DNA from: Epithemia pelagica
Lineage: Eukaryota > Protista > Bacillariophyta
Direction of reading: 5' to 3'
DNA length: 64,000 nt
NCBI GenBank assembly: GCA_946965045.2
Contig: OX337242.1
Location: 1,488,001-1,552,000 of the forward strand
Positions within the stretch are counted from its first letter, which is position 1; each line of letters opens with the position of its first letter. Under the pieces are notes generated by a model. It was not told where the DNA came from. It saw only the letters and a program-made list of their open reading frames with translations, and did not search any database. Of the stretch, positions 9,901-19,619 are shown piece after piece. A program made the translations under genes and the position numbers.

Positions 9901-10399
9901 AAGGGTCGAAGGCCTTTGCATCACAGTCGAGCGCATTGTCAGAGACTTTGCCAGTCATCTTCTTCTGCCCCTTATTCTGGTAGCACCGGTATTGGTACTC
10001 TTGCTTTCGTTTGATAGCAGTGGTGGCTTTTTGGCGCATCTGGCTTTGGATGCCCATTTCACCGTCTTCTGCTTCGTCCGTTGGGTTCATTCGGTCCTGT
10101 GCTCTCGCTGCTGCGTTAGCGTCAACGTAGCAGCGGAAGAAGAAAGGATCCAGAGTCGACTTGATGCCGCCCTTCGTCCGTTGGGTCGTCTCCGGAGAGA
10201 CGCCCTTTTGGCCAGTAAAGCCCATATTAGAATCCTCTTTGTCCATCCCTCTTGGTTTTGTTTTTGTTTTTAGAATTATGAGAGTAGTCGTGCGTTGTGC
10301 GTTTTTTAGAGAGCTGAGGAGGGAATTTTTCGTGTTGGCATTTTCTGGTGAACTCGGTGGGGAATCGGCATGTTCCGAATTCCTTCCGACCGGGACCAC
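6971..10399 (-). CDS. Putative DDE transposase (MULE-like/DxxH-group), 1142 aa, with Cys/His zinc-binding motifs
   Basis: Candidate catalytic D (FAQDHT), D (MYSDTWP), RLGLYHF (DxxH-equivalent position) and E (RCESKVE). Upstream CPDC...YKCSKC region resembles, from memory, DUF6729-type transposon proteins. N-terminal CxxC..HxxHxxxC and C-terminal CC..GRPPH..C motifs. Confidence 0.6.
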   Translation of the reverse strand: MVPVGRNSEHADSPPSSPENANTKNSLLSSLKNAQRTTTLIILKTKTKPRGMDKEDSNMGFTGQKGVSPETTQRTKGGIKSTLDPFFFRCYVDANAAARAQDRMNPTDEAEDGEMGIQSQMRQKATTAIKRKQEYQYRCYQNKGQKKMTGKVSDNALDCDAKAFDPSRDCIMCYTKLNGLKQPHRGHHVLCPHNRKTKGHKNKTTVKSEENDKKLAATNEKPFTGTFFNISTAEPSVREYAQQMVAPQRTNHTNLHDAVRDAMADPDFVSSSTEKKNGVPLPIMAVTRHLLNHKEQNWFTPQTLEFQIPVVRYGQPIDPHYHSIEGQRIYNVCWEDQFPGIVIPCPDCDNGTLRRDRSNFSKNKKLFPIFNVNGPPDWAIVMSYKCSKCPMRYDGNSAKVLMTLPIHVRSAYPVEPKFADNGMMFHLDRACSHVLEENMLTYGNADKLSRSIYAGITNTHLRRFTEYLSEWKSLIGVSDAPLGVPLYPELAGEYLPTFPPSGDSLRDLFDRASTSTANNYGVSDKDRCIREIQSVTTSSMFAQDHTMEVAKNYKKSLGIKAVWDSATETGEIASAVCVEDTKTKSFAHAAECLARRKGFNPVSMYSDTWPKKCEFWKLLFGDTLEGRLGLYHFQQRIIKTMRQGHRHYHKALNELLECVYGFEPDSYNALLKALKAGQIGRSGPLSPAEILEMQSGPEFRRKYSKFLMKQIHPPDVIAHNLQRWMDQYKGDTDPSTGKKLFTVDTKTTVTEQMKNAVHIQDAMPLHETYRVIKPTPSTKHECNEYISLRCESKVEQYHDQLAHFANCGMRADLCDTLNLVGTARYNTKIRHKIRMAEESSVSRPNVPSGWKNHPEFFNHSDLTFANGLAESIGYPVSPFDYARPLPEDNGERFFAQYLSEQLQREAEVETSPLSDRCYCRACGHNPTPLPHELRSGRASVPPTASPSQLSCSLPPSMECDGVEVDTISTNRIELDTSAEIATIVPTQQEPKTQDTIGNPFEEPVCIDVLSAPSIFSQAFKQTPAKKSVASKHRVSDASGIPSSVKITNPYKVKYTPPEGVRKAIEMSGTRESPIEICSQASASSWSWRDIARTKRPKAQQQICCQAFLEWVRRPNRNGRPPHLLGCPNRRINNGTQSSEESM

Positions 10400-10912
10400 C
10401 GACTTTGAAATATTGAATAGTGTTACTTAGATGTTTTTTATAGCTAATTGGATCGCAATTGGATTTTTTTAGACTAATTATTAGTGTTGATCCGACAGTT
10501 GGTTGACAGTTGGAGGATAGTGATAGGGGGGAAAAGGCACCAATCAGATCGCTGCCTGAGGAAACTGCACCCCTCCCCCCCCTACCTACCAGTCCAAGGA
10601 ATCCTACGGAACCTCCGCGTCGGCCTCCCCTCTCACCGGCGACAGTAACACGTCATCGTCAACTCGAAACACGCACCATGTCGCAAAAATGGCCTCATCT
10701 TTTCTGCAGCTTCGCTTCTTGACTCTCTTTAGGAGTACACCGTTTGTGATCACAGACTTCCACCTGTCAACAAAGAACCTACTTCGCTTCGCTTTTGTTC
10801 TTGCTGATCTTCATTCTTCTTGGTTATCATTGAATGAAGTGCAACCACAAAAAACGAAAAGACAATATTGAAAGTGAAGAATCATTTGTTAACTGAAAGC
10901 GACGAAACGACA

Positions 10913-11839
10913 ATGTCAACATCTGCGGCGTCTAAATCGGAGGATCCTCTTTTGAATAGCAAGTCCCCTGAACTTCCCGTTGGAGAGGATCGCGTGAATA
11001 ATCAATTGCCAGAATCTAGGCCTCCCATTCCAACCCACTTGATTGTATCCAATGTCCTGGCCTATGTCTTGAACGCTTTGATCACCTATGGTGTCGGCGT
11101 GTTTGGTGGCAAGACGAATGGGGAACTCTCCCGCAAGTACCAAACATTGGTAACACCTATTGGATGGGCATTTGCTATTTGGGGTATCATCTTTTTGGCT
11201 CAATTGGTATGGGTTCTGTATCCAGTTTTCATGGCGTTGAACCGCCGCCGCACGACTACACCCGAACATTGGGTGTGGGTCCAATCCGTGGGATTCTTGT
11301 ATGTCTGGGTGGTGGTACTGCAAGCTACGTGGACGCTCGTCTTCTCGTATGAAGTGATTTGGTGTTCGGCCTGTGCCATGGTGTCCTTGTGTGGATTGTT
11401 GTGGTGCACGGTATGGTCGTTGCGACAGACTTTGGGAGAGCAACCACAAGCCTTGTCGACGCCGTCCTATCTCTTGTGGATCTTTCCCTTTGTGATACAT
11501 GCGGGCTGGGTGACTGCCGCCACTGCCGTAAATCTCAATCTCAACTTGGTGGCCGATGACGCCACGGCATCGGTCCAATTTGGAGCGGCCCTTGCGAGTT
11601 TGGTTTTACTGCTATTTGTGGCCTTGTGGACTACCACACGACAGAGTGGCTTGGATGGAGCCATGGCATTTCCCATTGCGTGGGCATTGTTGGGCGTCTA
11701 TTGCGAGTTGAACACATCGACGGATGAGAATATTTTGGAACGCTTTGACTCGACGCAACTGGATGTGGCCAAATACGGAGCCCTCACATTCGCGGCCCTC
11801 ATTTTTGTCGTGGCCTTGTGGAAGCAATGCTCTCGCTAA
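10913..11839 (+). CDS. TspO/MBR-like tryptophan-rich multi-pass membrane protein
   Basis: ORF 10868..11839 (first ATG 10913). LSRKYQTLVTPIGWAFAIWGIIF motif and about 7-8 hydrophobic helices. Confidence 0.65.
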   Translation: MSTSAASKSEDPLLNSKSPELPVGEDRVNNQLPESRPPIPTHLIVSNVLAYVLNALITYGVGVFGGKTNGELSRKYQTLVTPIGWAFAIWGIIFLAQLVWVLYPVFMALNRRRTTTPEHWVWVQSVGFLYVWVVVLQATWTLVFSYEVIWCSACAMVSLCGLLWCTVWSLRQTLGEQPQALSTPSYLLWIFPFVIHAGWVTAATAVNLNLNLVADDATASVQFGAALASLVLLLFVALWTTTRQSGLDGAMAFPIAWALLGVYCELNTSTDENILERFDSTQLDVAKYGALTFAALIFVVALWKQCSR

Positions 11840-12333
11840 ATCGCTGTCCCATGAAACTTGGTAGAATCTAAATCACTCGTTGTGATAGTGCAACGTGAAT
11901 AGAAGAGATTGCGAGTCCTTGAGCATGTTGGCACGTAGACAAACGACTCCTACTGCTAGGAGTAGCTAGAGGAATATTTTTCCGAAGTTGACACCACATA
12001 GTTTTTCAGTCACGAAGTTGGTCCCGATCGCGCCAGGCGACACCTGCATTGAAATTTAACGGGAACACATTTTTCCTAACGGACGAAAAGCATCCAACCA
12101 CCATCCAACACCCGCCATGTTCCACAAGAATCACCAACCCAAGTCGTACATTCTTCTCTCAAGCGCACCTCAGGGTCTTTCTCGTCGCTGTTCTCAGTAT
12201 ATATCTCGTTTGACCAGAGCAGAGAAAAGCATCCAAGAAGCAACGTGGTGTAAATCGTTGTGGATACGGATATTTGTCAAAGGGGAAAGGTTTCAGATTG
12301 TGTTCGACTTTGCGCTTGTTGGGACAAGACACG

Positions 12334-15300
12334 ATGGGTTTCTTTTTTCACAATAGTGAGGGAGGGGACGAACAACCCCCAAAGCCGCATTCTCAAGCAT
12401 CGTCGGCGATTCTTGCGGCATCTTCAAGCCAAGCGGTTGAGGAAGTCATGAACTCTCTGTATTCCGACGAAGAAAAAAAGACGGATACGGGTGATGTGGG
12501 CCATACGCCTAGTCGACCCGCCAAGGACGATGACACGGAAGAGGAGGAACCTCCTGCAGTAACAACACCAACGACGACGAGCTCGGAAGATCAAGATGAA
12601 GAACCAGTCGCCAAGAAAGGAAAGCGTGATACTCATTACAGTCGCACCCATCATCACAGTATCACCAATAATAATACCAAGTCTGGATCAACGGCAGCGT
12701 CCATGTATCTTCGCTCTCCGCCTCGTTCCTATACAATCCCTCAAAGTGCTCTGACCAGTCATGTCACTGCTCCACAAGCATCCTCGGCCTCGTCGTCTCG
12801 TGGCAGTCACCATCATCACCTTCTCGGAGGAGGAGGAGGTGCAACTGTGGCCACTGCAACAACAGCGGTTGCTTCTGCTGGTTCGTCGAGTTCCACTGGT
12901 TCGGCAAGTGCCTCCACAACTTCTGCCCTTCCAAGATTTTCACCATCGCCGCCACCACCACCACTCGAGTCGTCCTTTTCGGGATGGGAAACAATTTGGG
13001 AGCGATTCACATCGACCAACGATCAATCACGTCACTTGCTTCGGCAATGGGTCTCGCTCCCTACCATTGCAGTCTTGGGGGATACCAGCAGTGGCAAGTC
13101 GTCCTTGCTCAGTCAATTGTCGGGCTTGGTCGAGTTGCCCAGCAGTCATGAGCTTACAACAAAATGCCCCACCGAACTGCAAATGCGCTATTCCAACAAC
13201 CGCCAAGCGACGATTGACATTCATTGGAATAAGCAACCGCAGTCGTCGAATTCGGCATCCTCGTCGTCGTCGTCTCAAAATGGCCTTGCTGGAAGCAGTG
13301 CCTCTGCGACCATGCCCAAAACAAGCACATCCCATCATCGTCATCGGGGACGGAAACTCTTGTGGGATCAACGCGTCCTTCGGACACCAGAAGAATGGAA
13401 GGAAATACCCAACATTTTGTTGGAAGCTCAACAAGTGATTCTCAAGCACCAATCCGGTACGGACTCGGAGACACACCACCACCACCATCCCAATGACGGT
13501 GCATCATCACAAAAGTCCACCGTGGCCTCGGATGTCATTTCCATTGTCTTGACGGGTCCCATGTATCCCAAACAACAAACATTGACCTTGGTGGATATGC
13601 CGGGATTGGTACAGGGTCGTCACAATGCCATGACAGAATCCTCCACTGTCTCGCAAGAAATTTTGAATTTGTTGCAACCCTACCTGACCAATCCACATTG
13701 CTTGCTCTTGGCTGTCTTGCCAGCCAATGTCGATTATCACAATGCCCATGCCTTGCAATTGGCCGCACAACACGATCCCGAATGTCGACGTACATGTATC
13801 GTCTGGACCAAGCCCGATCTAATTGATCCGGGAGCCGAATCCGCCGTGGCAGAGTGGCTGCAGGAAGCGCCTTCCATGTTGAACTGCCGTCATGTACACA
13901 TGGTCAAATGCCGTGGTCAAAAGGCAGTGACCATGAACGAATCGTTACAAGCAACCCTCGAAGATGAAAGCCACTACTTTTCCACCACTGCTCCTTGGAA
14001 AGATATGGATGCAAGCTTGTTTGGTACCCTGCCCCTTCGACAAAAGTTGTGTCGATTGCAGGCGCAATTGGTGCAGCATTCCTTGCCGCAATTGCTGCAG
14101 GACCTTCAAACACAACACGCGCAAACCATGGCACAATTGCAAGCCTTGGGGGGACACAAACCACTCGAAAACGCCGCCGAACGGAGACAATATTATCAAA
14201 CCACTTGTCAAAGACTGGTGCAAGAACTCCAAACATCGCTTTCCGGAAAAAAGGGAACCAACAACAGTGATTCGAAATCGGCGTTATCCGCTCGGTTTTC
14301 CTTCCATCAACAACATTATTATAATAAGAACAACACAACCATTCTTCCCCCACCTCTCTCCATGGGCAAGCGCGTTCCACCACCCCCACCGCCTCCTCCA
14401 CAGAATCACCATGGAAACAGCAAGCAGACTGTCTCATCGGGGGATGAAACGACCTATACGACTAAACCCGACAATGCCACTTCGACAACAAAGATTCCTG
14501 TTGATACCACCACCATTGCCGCCAATCGACTCCATCAGGCATGTGCCGTCTTTACAAGTCAGATCAACCATGGAAGCTTGGCAACTGTCCGCAACATTGC
14601 CGAAGGAGCTCAAGTCTTGGTGACATCTGCACAGGGTACTGTGCGTGGAGAAGTTGTTCATTTGGACGAAGAGGAGGGGTATTGCTGCGTCGATTCCAAC
14701 TCTAATGAAGTTGACGCCGATGGTGCAGCCCAAAGGATATTGTTTGAATTCACGGGTCAATCGCTCCATCCTAGGAGCACTACGAGTTCCAAATCGACCG
14801 AGGAAGCCCACAATATTCATTCAATGGTCAACGATCACGACGATCAGGATGAGGAAGATGACATTATTCCTCGCATGGAAGAAAACGATGTTTGGTCCGA
14901 TGGAAGTCGCGTTTTGATTGCACGCGCTGGTGGGCGTACCTACGATGCCTTGCGCAAGATTCCCTTGGATTGTGTTTGGACCGATCCCACTTCATGGTTG
15001 CAATCGCACATGGCACAGTTCCAAACAGATGATCTCCCGTGTTTCTTGAACGTGGAATCCTTTGCCCATATCGTACAGCAATTCATGCACCAGGATTGGA
15101 CGCCGGCTTGTCATTCCCTCTTAGAGCAATGCACCACCATATTGCACCAAGCAATGACTCATGCACTTGAACACGCATTACAGGTTCCTCCAGCTCCTTC
15201 CGCCCCATCCTTAAAGAATGGCAGCACAATATCTTGGAACAGTGCCGATGCTCCTCCTCCTCGCTATCCAGGTTTGCGACAATTGCTACAAAAACAGATG

Positions 15301-15876
15301 CGTAGCGTGGCCGATTCACTGTTAACCGAAGCCAGTCAACAGGTTGAATCACATTTGGCCATGGAAGCACATCCCTTTACTCAAGACGAAGCCCTGTTTG
15401 CAAAAATGAATCAAGCCCGTTACAGCCGGTTAAAGCGAGAACTTGAAGTAGCCTTGTTGGCGGAATTAGAACATCCCGGGGCATCCAATGCATCGTCAAG
15501 AGTCTCTCAACGCGCGTCAGCCCACAATGCAGACGTCGCTTCGAGTAATGCCGATGCGGTACCAGGAATTTTGGATTCAGTCTTTGCAAGACATGAACAA
15601 ATGTCGGTCCAGGAACATTTGGCGTTCGAAATGGAACTTGTTCTCGAATCGTACGGTACCATTGCCACCCGTCGTGTTCTGGATCGTACACCCATGATTT
15701 GCTGGAATGTTTTCCGCACCTTTGCCTCCCTGCTTTCCAATCGACTCGCTGCAGTGACGGACGTGGATCTCACAACGGCTCTTGTCGAGCGTCCTGACTT
15801 GGCTGAACAATACCAAACCCTGCAGGAGAAATGTGACAAACTGTACGAAAGTATGCAAGTGTTGGAAAATTTCTGA
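12334..15876 (+). CDS. Mx-like dynamin-family GTPase with large insertions
   Basis: LPTIAVLGDTSSGKSS (G1), TTKCP (G2), LVDMPG (G3), WTKPD (G4), middle-domain LPCF motif and GED-like C-terminus. ORF track start 12274; first in-frame ATG used. Confidence 0.88.
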   Translation: MGFFFHNSEGGDEQPPKPHSQASSAILAASSSQAVEEVMNSLYSDEEKKTDTGDVGHTPSRPAKDDDTEEEEPPAVTTPTTTSSEDQDEEPVAKKGKRDTHYSRTHHHSITNNNTKSGSTAASMYLRSPPRSYTIPQSALTSHVTAPQASSASSSRGSHHHHLLGGGGGATVATATTAVASAGSSSSTGSASASTTSALPRFSPSPPPPPLESSFSGWETIWERFTSTNDQSRHLLRQWVSLPTIAVLGDTSSGKSSLLSQLSGLVELPSSHELTTKCPTELQMRYSNNRQATIDIHWNKQPQSSNSASSSSSSQNGLAGSSASATMPKTSTSHHRHRGRKLLWDQRVLRTPEEWKEIPNILLEAQQVILKHQSGTDSETHHHHHPNDGASSQKSTVASDVISIVLTGPMYPKQQTLTLVDMPGLVQGRHNAMTESSTVSQEILNLLQPYLTNPHCLLLAVLPANVDYHNAHALQLAAQHDPECRRTCIVWTKPDLIDPGAESAVAEWLQEAPSMLNCRHVHMVKCRGQKAVTMNESLQATLEDESHYFSTTAPWKDMDASLFGTLPLRQKLCRLQAQLVQHSLPQLLQDLQTQHAQTMAQLQALGGHKPLENAAERRQYYQTTCQRLVQELQTSLSGKKGTNNSDSKSALSARFSFHQQHYYNKNNTTILPPPLSMGKRVPPPPPPPPQNHHGNSKQTVSSGDETTYTTKPDNATSTTKIPVDTTTIAANRLHQACAVFTSQINHGSLATVRNIAEGAQVLVTSAQGTVRGEVVHLDEEEGYCCVDSNSNEVDADGAAQRILFEFTGQSLHPRSTTSSKSTEEAHNIHSMVNDHDDQDEEDDIIPRMEENDVWSDGSRVLIARAGGRTYDALRKIPLDCVWTDPTSWLQSHMAQFQTDDLPCFLNVESFAHIVQQFMHQDWTPACHSLLEQCTTILHQAMTHALEHALQVPPAPSAPSLKNGSTISWNSADAPPPRYPGLRQLLQKQMRSVADSLLTEASQQVESHLAMEAHPFTQDEALFAKMNQARYSRLKRELEVALLAELEHPGASNASSRVSQRASAHNADVASSNADAVPGILDSVFARHEQMSVQEHLAFEMELVLESYGTIATRRVLDRTPMICWNVFRTFASLLSNRLAAVTDVDLTTALVERPDLAEQYQTLQEKCDKLYESMQVLENF

Positions 15877-16240
15877 GAGCCATGGAGATGGAGGGAAAGG
15901 ACAGGGGCAAAAGGGCAAAGCGACTTGATCCTTTATCAGAAACATATCACATAATGTATTTCAAATAGCGGTAGCATAGGGGATATCAACATGGGAGATG
16001 AACTATGAGGTTAATTCTGGTTTTCGTTGTCAGCAGCAATAATCGATGATAAACTCAGCGTCTAACACAAAAGCTAGAACACATATCTTCTTCTCATGGT
16101 TCCAGTGGAGCCCGCACCGTCTGACTAATAGTATCATCTTTAATTCCCTGGATGGTACGCTAATCAGAGGAGCATTCTAACCTCTTGTAACCGTGCAACA
16201 GGCTACTTTCTGTGCTCAAAGGTGATGGGCGAGCGAGCCA

Positions 16241-18757
16241 TTACTCTCTGTCCGGCATAGCCTCTTGTCTCCTCCACAAGTCCGCGTATCGCCCGTTCAA
16301 CTCCAACAACTCTGCATGCTTTCCTTGCTCCACAACACGCCCCTGGTCCATGACAATGATCAGATCACTATCGCGAACGGTGGACAGTCTGTGTGCTATG
16401 ATAACGATGGTGCGTTTCTTTTCCCCGTTGCCTTCGTTTCCACGATGCATATGCTTGAGACTGTGCATGATCTTGGATTCTGTTTCACTGTCCAAGGCAC
16501 TGGTCGGTTCGTCACACAACAAAATGGGCGCTTTCTCCAGTTTCAGCATGGCCCGTGCAATGGCCAGTCGCTGCTTCTCACCTCCAGACAACTTCAACCC
16601 TCTTTCACCCACAACGGTATCATATCCTTTCGGAAAGTTGTTCACAATCGCATCATGTAATTGAGCCTGCTTGGAAGCTTCAATGATTTGTTCACGAGTA
16701 GCGGAAAAATTTCCATATTGGAGGTTATACATGACACTTTCATGGAATAACACGACATCTTGAGGAATGACAACCATTTGACGGCGAAGTGATTCCAGAT
16801 CATAGGCTTTTACGTTTTGACCTCCAATCTTGACAGTTCCTCCATTTACATCGTAGAAGCGGTAGAATAGTCGCAGGAGTGTAGATTTCCCACAGCCTGA
16901 TGATCCCACAACCGCCACGGTAGATCCCTGGGGCACGGTCAGCGAAGTTCCTTGTAGTATGGCCCGCGCGTCAGTGGATAGCATCGAGTTTTCAAGTTCG
17001 ACATCGTTTTCCTGTTGATCATTGGTGCTGTTGCCATCGCTTTCACCTGCTACAGCCTTGGTCGCAAATCGGGCGGGATATGAAAAGTAGGCATTCTCTA
17101 ATACAAGGTCGGTGCCCATCGATTGTGGATCATAAACAATGGGATTCGATGCTGTCGGAAGACTGGATGGCGTGTCAATCAATTCGTACATTTGTTCCAT
17201 ATCAATCAAAGATTGTCGAACTTCTCGATAGACAGATCCAATAAAGAAAAGGGGGACTGACAGCTGAAACAGTAAACCATTCACCAATACCAAATCCCCG
17301 ACCGTCGCTGTGCCTTGAAGAATCTGCTGGCTAGTCAGATACATAAGAACCGTCAAACCAGTAGAAAAGATGGCTGCTTGTCCAACGTTTAACAAGCTCA
17401 AAGACTGCTGTGCCTGCAAGGCAGCTTTTTGATAACCAGCCAATGACTCTTCATATCGATCGCCTTCATGCGGACCGTTGTTAAAATACTGTACGGTTTC
17501 GTAGTTCAACAAGGAATCCACGACACGGCTATTGGCTTGGTTTTCCAACCGATTCATATCTCGTCTAAACTGTGTTCGCCATTGGGTTATTCCGATTGTA
17601 AAGGCACTGTACGTAGCCACAGTGAGCAATGTGACATTGGCGTACGGCCACCCAAACTGCCAAGCCAACAACCCTGTGACCAATGACACTTCCAGTATTG
17701 TGGGGAAAATATGAAACACCATGGAACTCAACACAAATTGAATACTCCGTTGTCCACGATCCATAATTCGGGCAACCTTGCCAGTATTCTTGCTCAGATG
17801 AAATTGTAAATCCAAGTTGTTCAACACGTGATCAAAGGTAGTGCGGCCTGTGAGCCTGATTGCATCTTGAGCGACATGCATAAAGACAGCATTTCGCCAT
17901 TCTTGAAAACCTGACGAGGCCGCCCGACTTACGCCATACCCTAAGAGTAAAGCAAGCGGCCATATGCCCATGTGCGAGACTGTGGCGTCGGTCAAAAGAC
18001 TGGGATCTGGTAGGTTTGCCACAGCCTCTGTGGCCGCACCAACAACTGTACTCGGCTCAAGGGAACCACCAGCGGTCGTGGCAGCTGACGCGGGTAAGGA
18101 ATCCACCAAGTGTTTGAACAAAAAAGGCACTTGAATGGTTACGGCTTTTCCTGCAAGAAGTAAACCCAAGGAGAAGACTACCCGCTGCTTTCGGAGCTTC
18201 ATTTGATCGATTTTGTCTTGGTCCTCGACATCTGTGCTGGTTGTTGCAGGCCAAAGATGTTGGCTTAGTGTTTGGAATATACGCCATTGAAAGTCTCGTT
18301 GCTTTTTGGTTTCAGCCGATGGCACAAATATGTCCTTGGTCGTCTCTGCAGTCCAAACCAGCGTGTCTCGAACAGAAGTGAAGACGTTCGTCACTGACGC
18401 ATCACTTTTTTGGGTATCAGTGGCAACGGATTTCGACTGAAGCCGTTGGGAAGACCGAGTTGGATTTACTCTCAAAATTATTCGCGGAAAGCGTTCTTGG
18501 TTTCTTGAGGCAACAGCTGCGAACGAATAGAGCCTTCGTCGTTGCTCGGGTCGTCGGACGAGATTGAGAGCACCGTCACGGTTGTGTGGGAAGGACAAGG
18601 ATCTGCCACACACTACATGCTTCAAGCACGTCGAACAGGGTCTTCTCGATCGAGACATCCGATTCCAAATGGTTGTTGATGGGATCATGGAGACGGCGAA
18701 GGACATGTTCCCCGTTTTGGGTATCGGCATCTCCGAAAGATCTCTGCTGACCGCCAT
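16241..18757 (-). CDS. ATM1: Mitochondrial ABC half-transporter ABCB7/ATM1
   Basis: [32 protein letters not shown] (Walker A), [26 protein letters not shown]; basic N-terminal presequence. Confidence 0.95.
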   Translation of the reverse strand: MAVSRDLSEMPIPKTGNMSFAVSMIPSTTIWNRMSRSRRPCSTCLKHVVCGRSLSFPHNRDGALNLVRRPEQRRRLYSFAAVASRNQERFPRIILRVNPTRSSQRLQSKSVATDTQKSDASVTNVFTSVRDTLVWTAETTKDIFVPSAETKKQRDFQWRIFQTLSQHLWPATTSTDVEDQDKIDQMKLRKQRVVFSLGLLLAGKAVTIQVPFLFKHLVDSLPASAATTAGGSLEPSTVVGAATEAVANLPDPSLLTDATVSHMGIWPLALLLGYGVSRAASSGFQEWRNAVFMHVAQDAIRLTGRTTFDHVLNNLDLQFHLSKNTGKVARIMDRGQRSIQFVLSSMVFHIFPTILEVSLVTGLLAWQFGWPYANVTLLTVATYSAFTIGITQWRTQFRRDMNRLENQANSRVVDSLLNYETVQYFNNGPHEGDRYEESLAGYQKAALQAQQSLSLLNVGQAAIFSTGLTVLMYLTSQQILQGTATVGDLVLVNGLLFQLSVPLFFIGSVYREVRQSLIDMEQMYELIDTPSSLPTASNPIVYDPQSMGTDLVLENAYFSYPARFATKAVAGESDGNSTNDQQENDVELENSMLSTDARAILQGTSLTVPQGSTVAVVGSSGCGKSTLLRLFYRFYDVNGGTVKIGGQNVKAYDLESLRRQMVVIPQDVVLFHESVMYNLQYGNFSATREQIIEASKQAQLHDAIVNNFPKGYDTVVGERGLKLSGGEKQRLAIARAMLKLEKAPILLCDEPTSALDSETESKIMHSLKHMHRGNEGNGEKKRTIVIIAHRLSTVRDSDLIIVMDQGRVVEQGKHAELLELNGRYADLWRRQEAMPDRE

Positions 18758-18966
18758 GGGCTTTGGATCTCATTCTCAGCGGTCGAACCATGTAGACTAG
18801 TATAGAACATTTTCAATATGAATGACTCTTCTTCTGGGGTGTGTTGAATGCTGACGTTCTTGGAGCTTCTATTCCCCAGCGGGAGTGGAAATTTCATATT
18901 CTCTTTAGGAATTCACCGTGGAATACTCTCCACCGTTGAGGAGTATTAAAGCTTCTCTAGCCATCA

Positions 18967-19500
18967 GGCCGTTCCTATAGCATCGACAAAACCAAACCTG
19001 AAGCGTGACACGTCACTAAAAACCCGGAAATATGACGGCAAATCCGGGTTTTCTGTCATTTCAGGTTTTGCAACGACAAAAGCTGAGCGCAGGTTTTGCA
19101 ATTTTTTTAACCCTCCAAACCAATTTTTACCATTAGGGATAATCCGAAATGACATTAGGGATAGTGTTTTATCTATGCTAGTGTATGTTTTTCCTACAGA
19201 AATGACAAATTACGGTTACTATATGCGCGGCGCGCGTTCGACTTCAACGGTCACCCTAACCCCAATGAGGCTACATGAAACATGCGGGCTTGATGTCCTA
19301 CTTTCAAAACTTTTAGTATTTAACTACTAAAAGTGAATTTGGGGACTGTTGGGGGTTGGGGGCCTTGGGGGAATGCAGCGCGGAATCGGGTTTTGGTTTT
19401 GCCGGTGCTATGTGCTATAGGACGGCGAAACGCGCCAAAACTGAATTTAGTGATGACGTCACGCTTCAGGTTTGATTTTGTCGATGCTATAGGAACGGCC
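18967..19500. mobile_element. PIF/Harbinger-type (Tourist-like) MITE, 534 bp
   Basis: About 54-bp TIRs starting GGCCGTTCCTATAGCATCGACAAAA at both ends; 3-bp TSD TCA (18964-18966 and 19501-19503); no transposase. Confidence 0.9.
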
Positions 19501-19619
19501 TCAACAAAAGCAACCCATTCGATCATAGCGAGCGACAGCAATAGGAGTAGTCCTCTTAGCTATGTACAGTCAACAATAATTTTTATCAACAGTTTCGAGG
19601 TTGCCCCTGTAAAAAAATA

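Larger units (their letters stand above)
4170..10590. mobile_element. Putative two-gene DNA transposon; ends not resolved
   Basis: Convergent ORFs 5098..6525 (+) and 6971..10399 (-, transposase-like), internal structured repeats, and G/C-tract-rich flanks at about 4190-4260 and 10525-10590. No clean TIR or TSD found. Confidence 0.5.

Noticed and set aside
4170-10590. Terminal inverted repeats for the DDE element
   Set aside because: The G-rich left and C-rich right flanks share only CAGGCAG-like fragments; no alignable TIR or TSD.
10916-11578. 220-aa minus-strand ORF and similar overlapping ORFs opposite the AMT, dynamin, ATM1 and importin genes
   Set aside because: Antisense shadows of well-supported genes with no motifs of their own.
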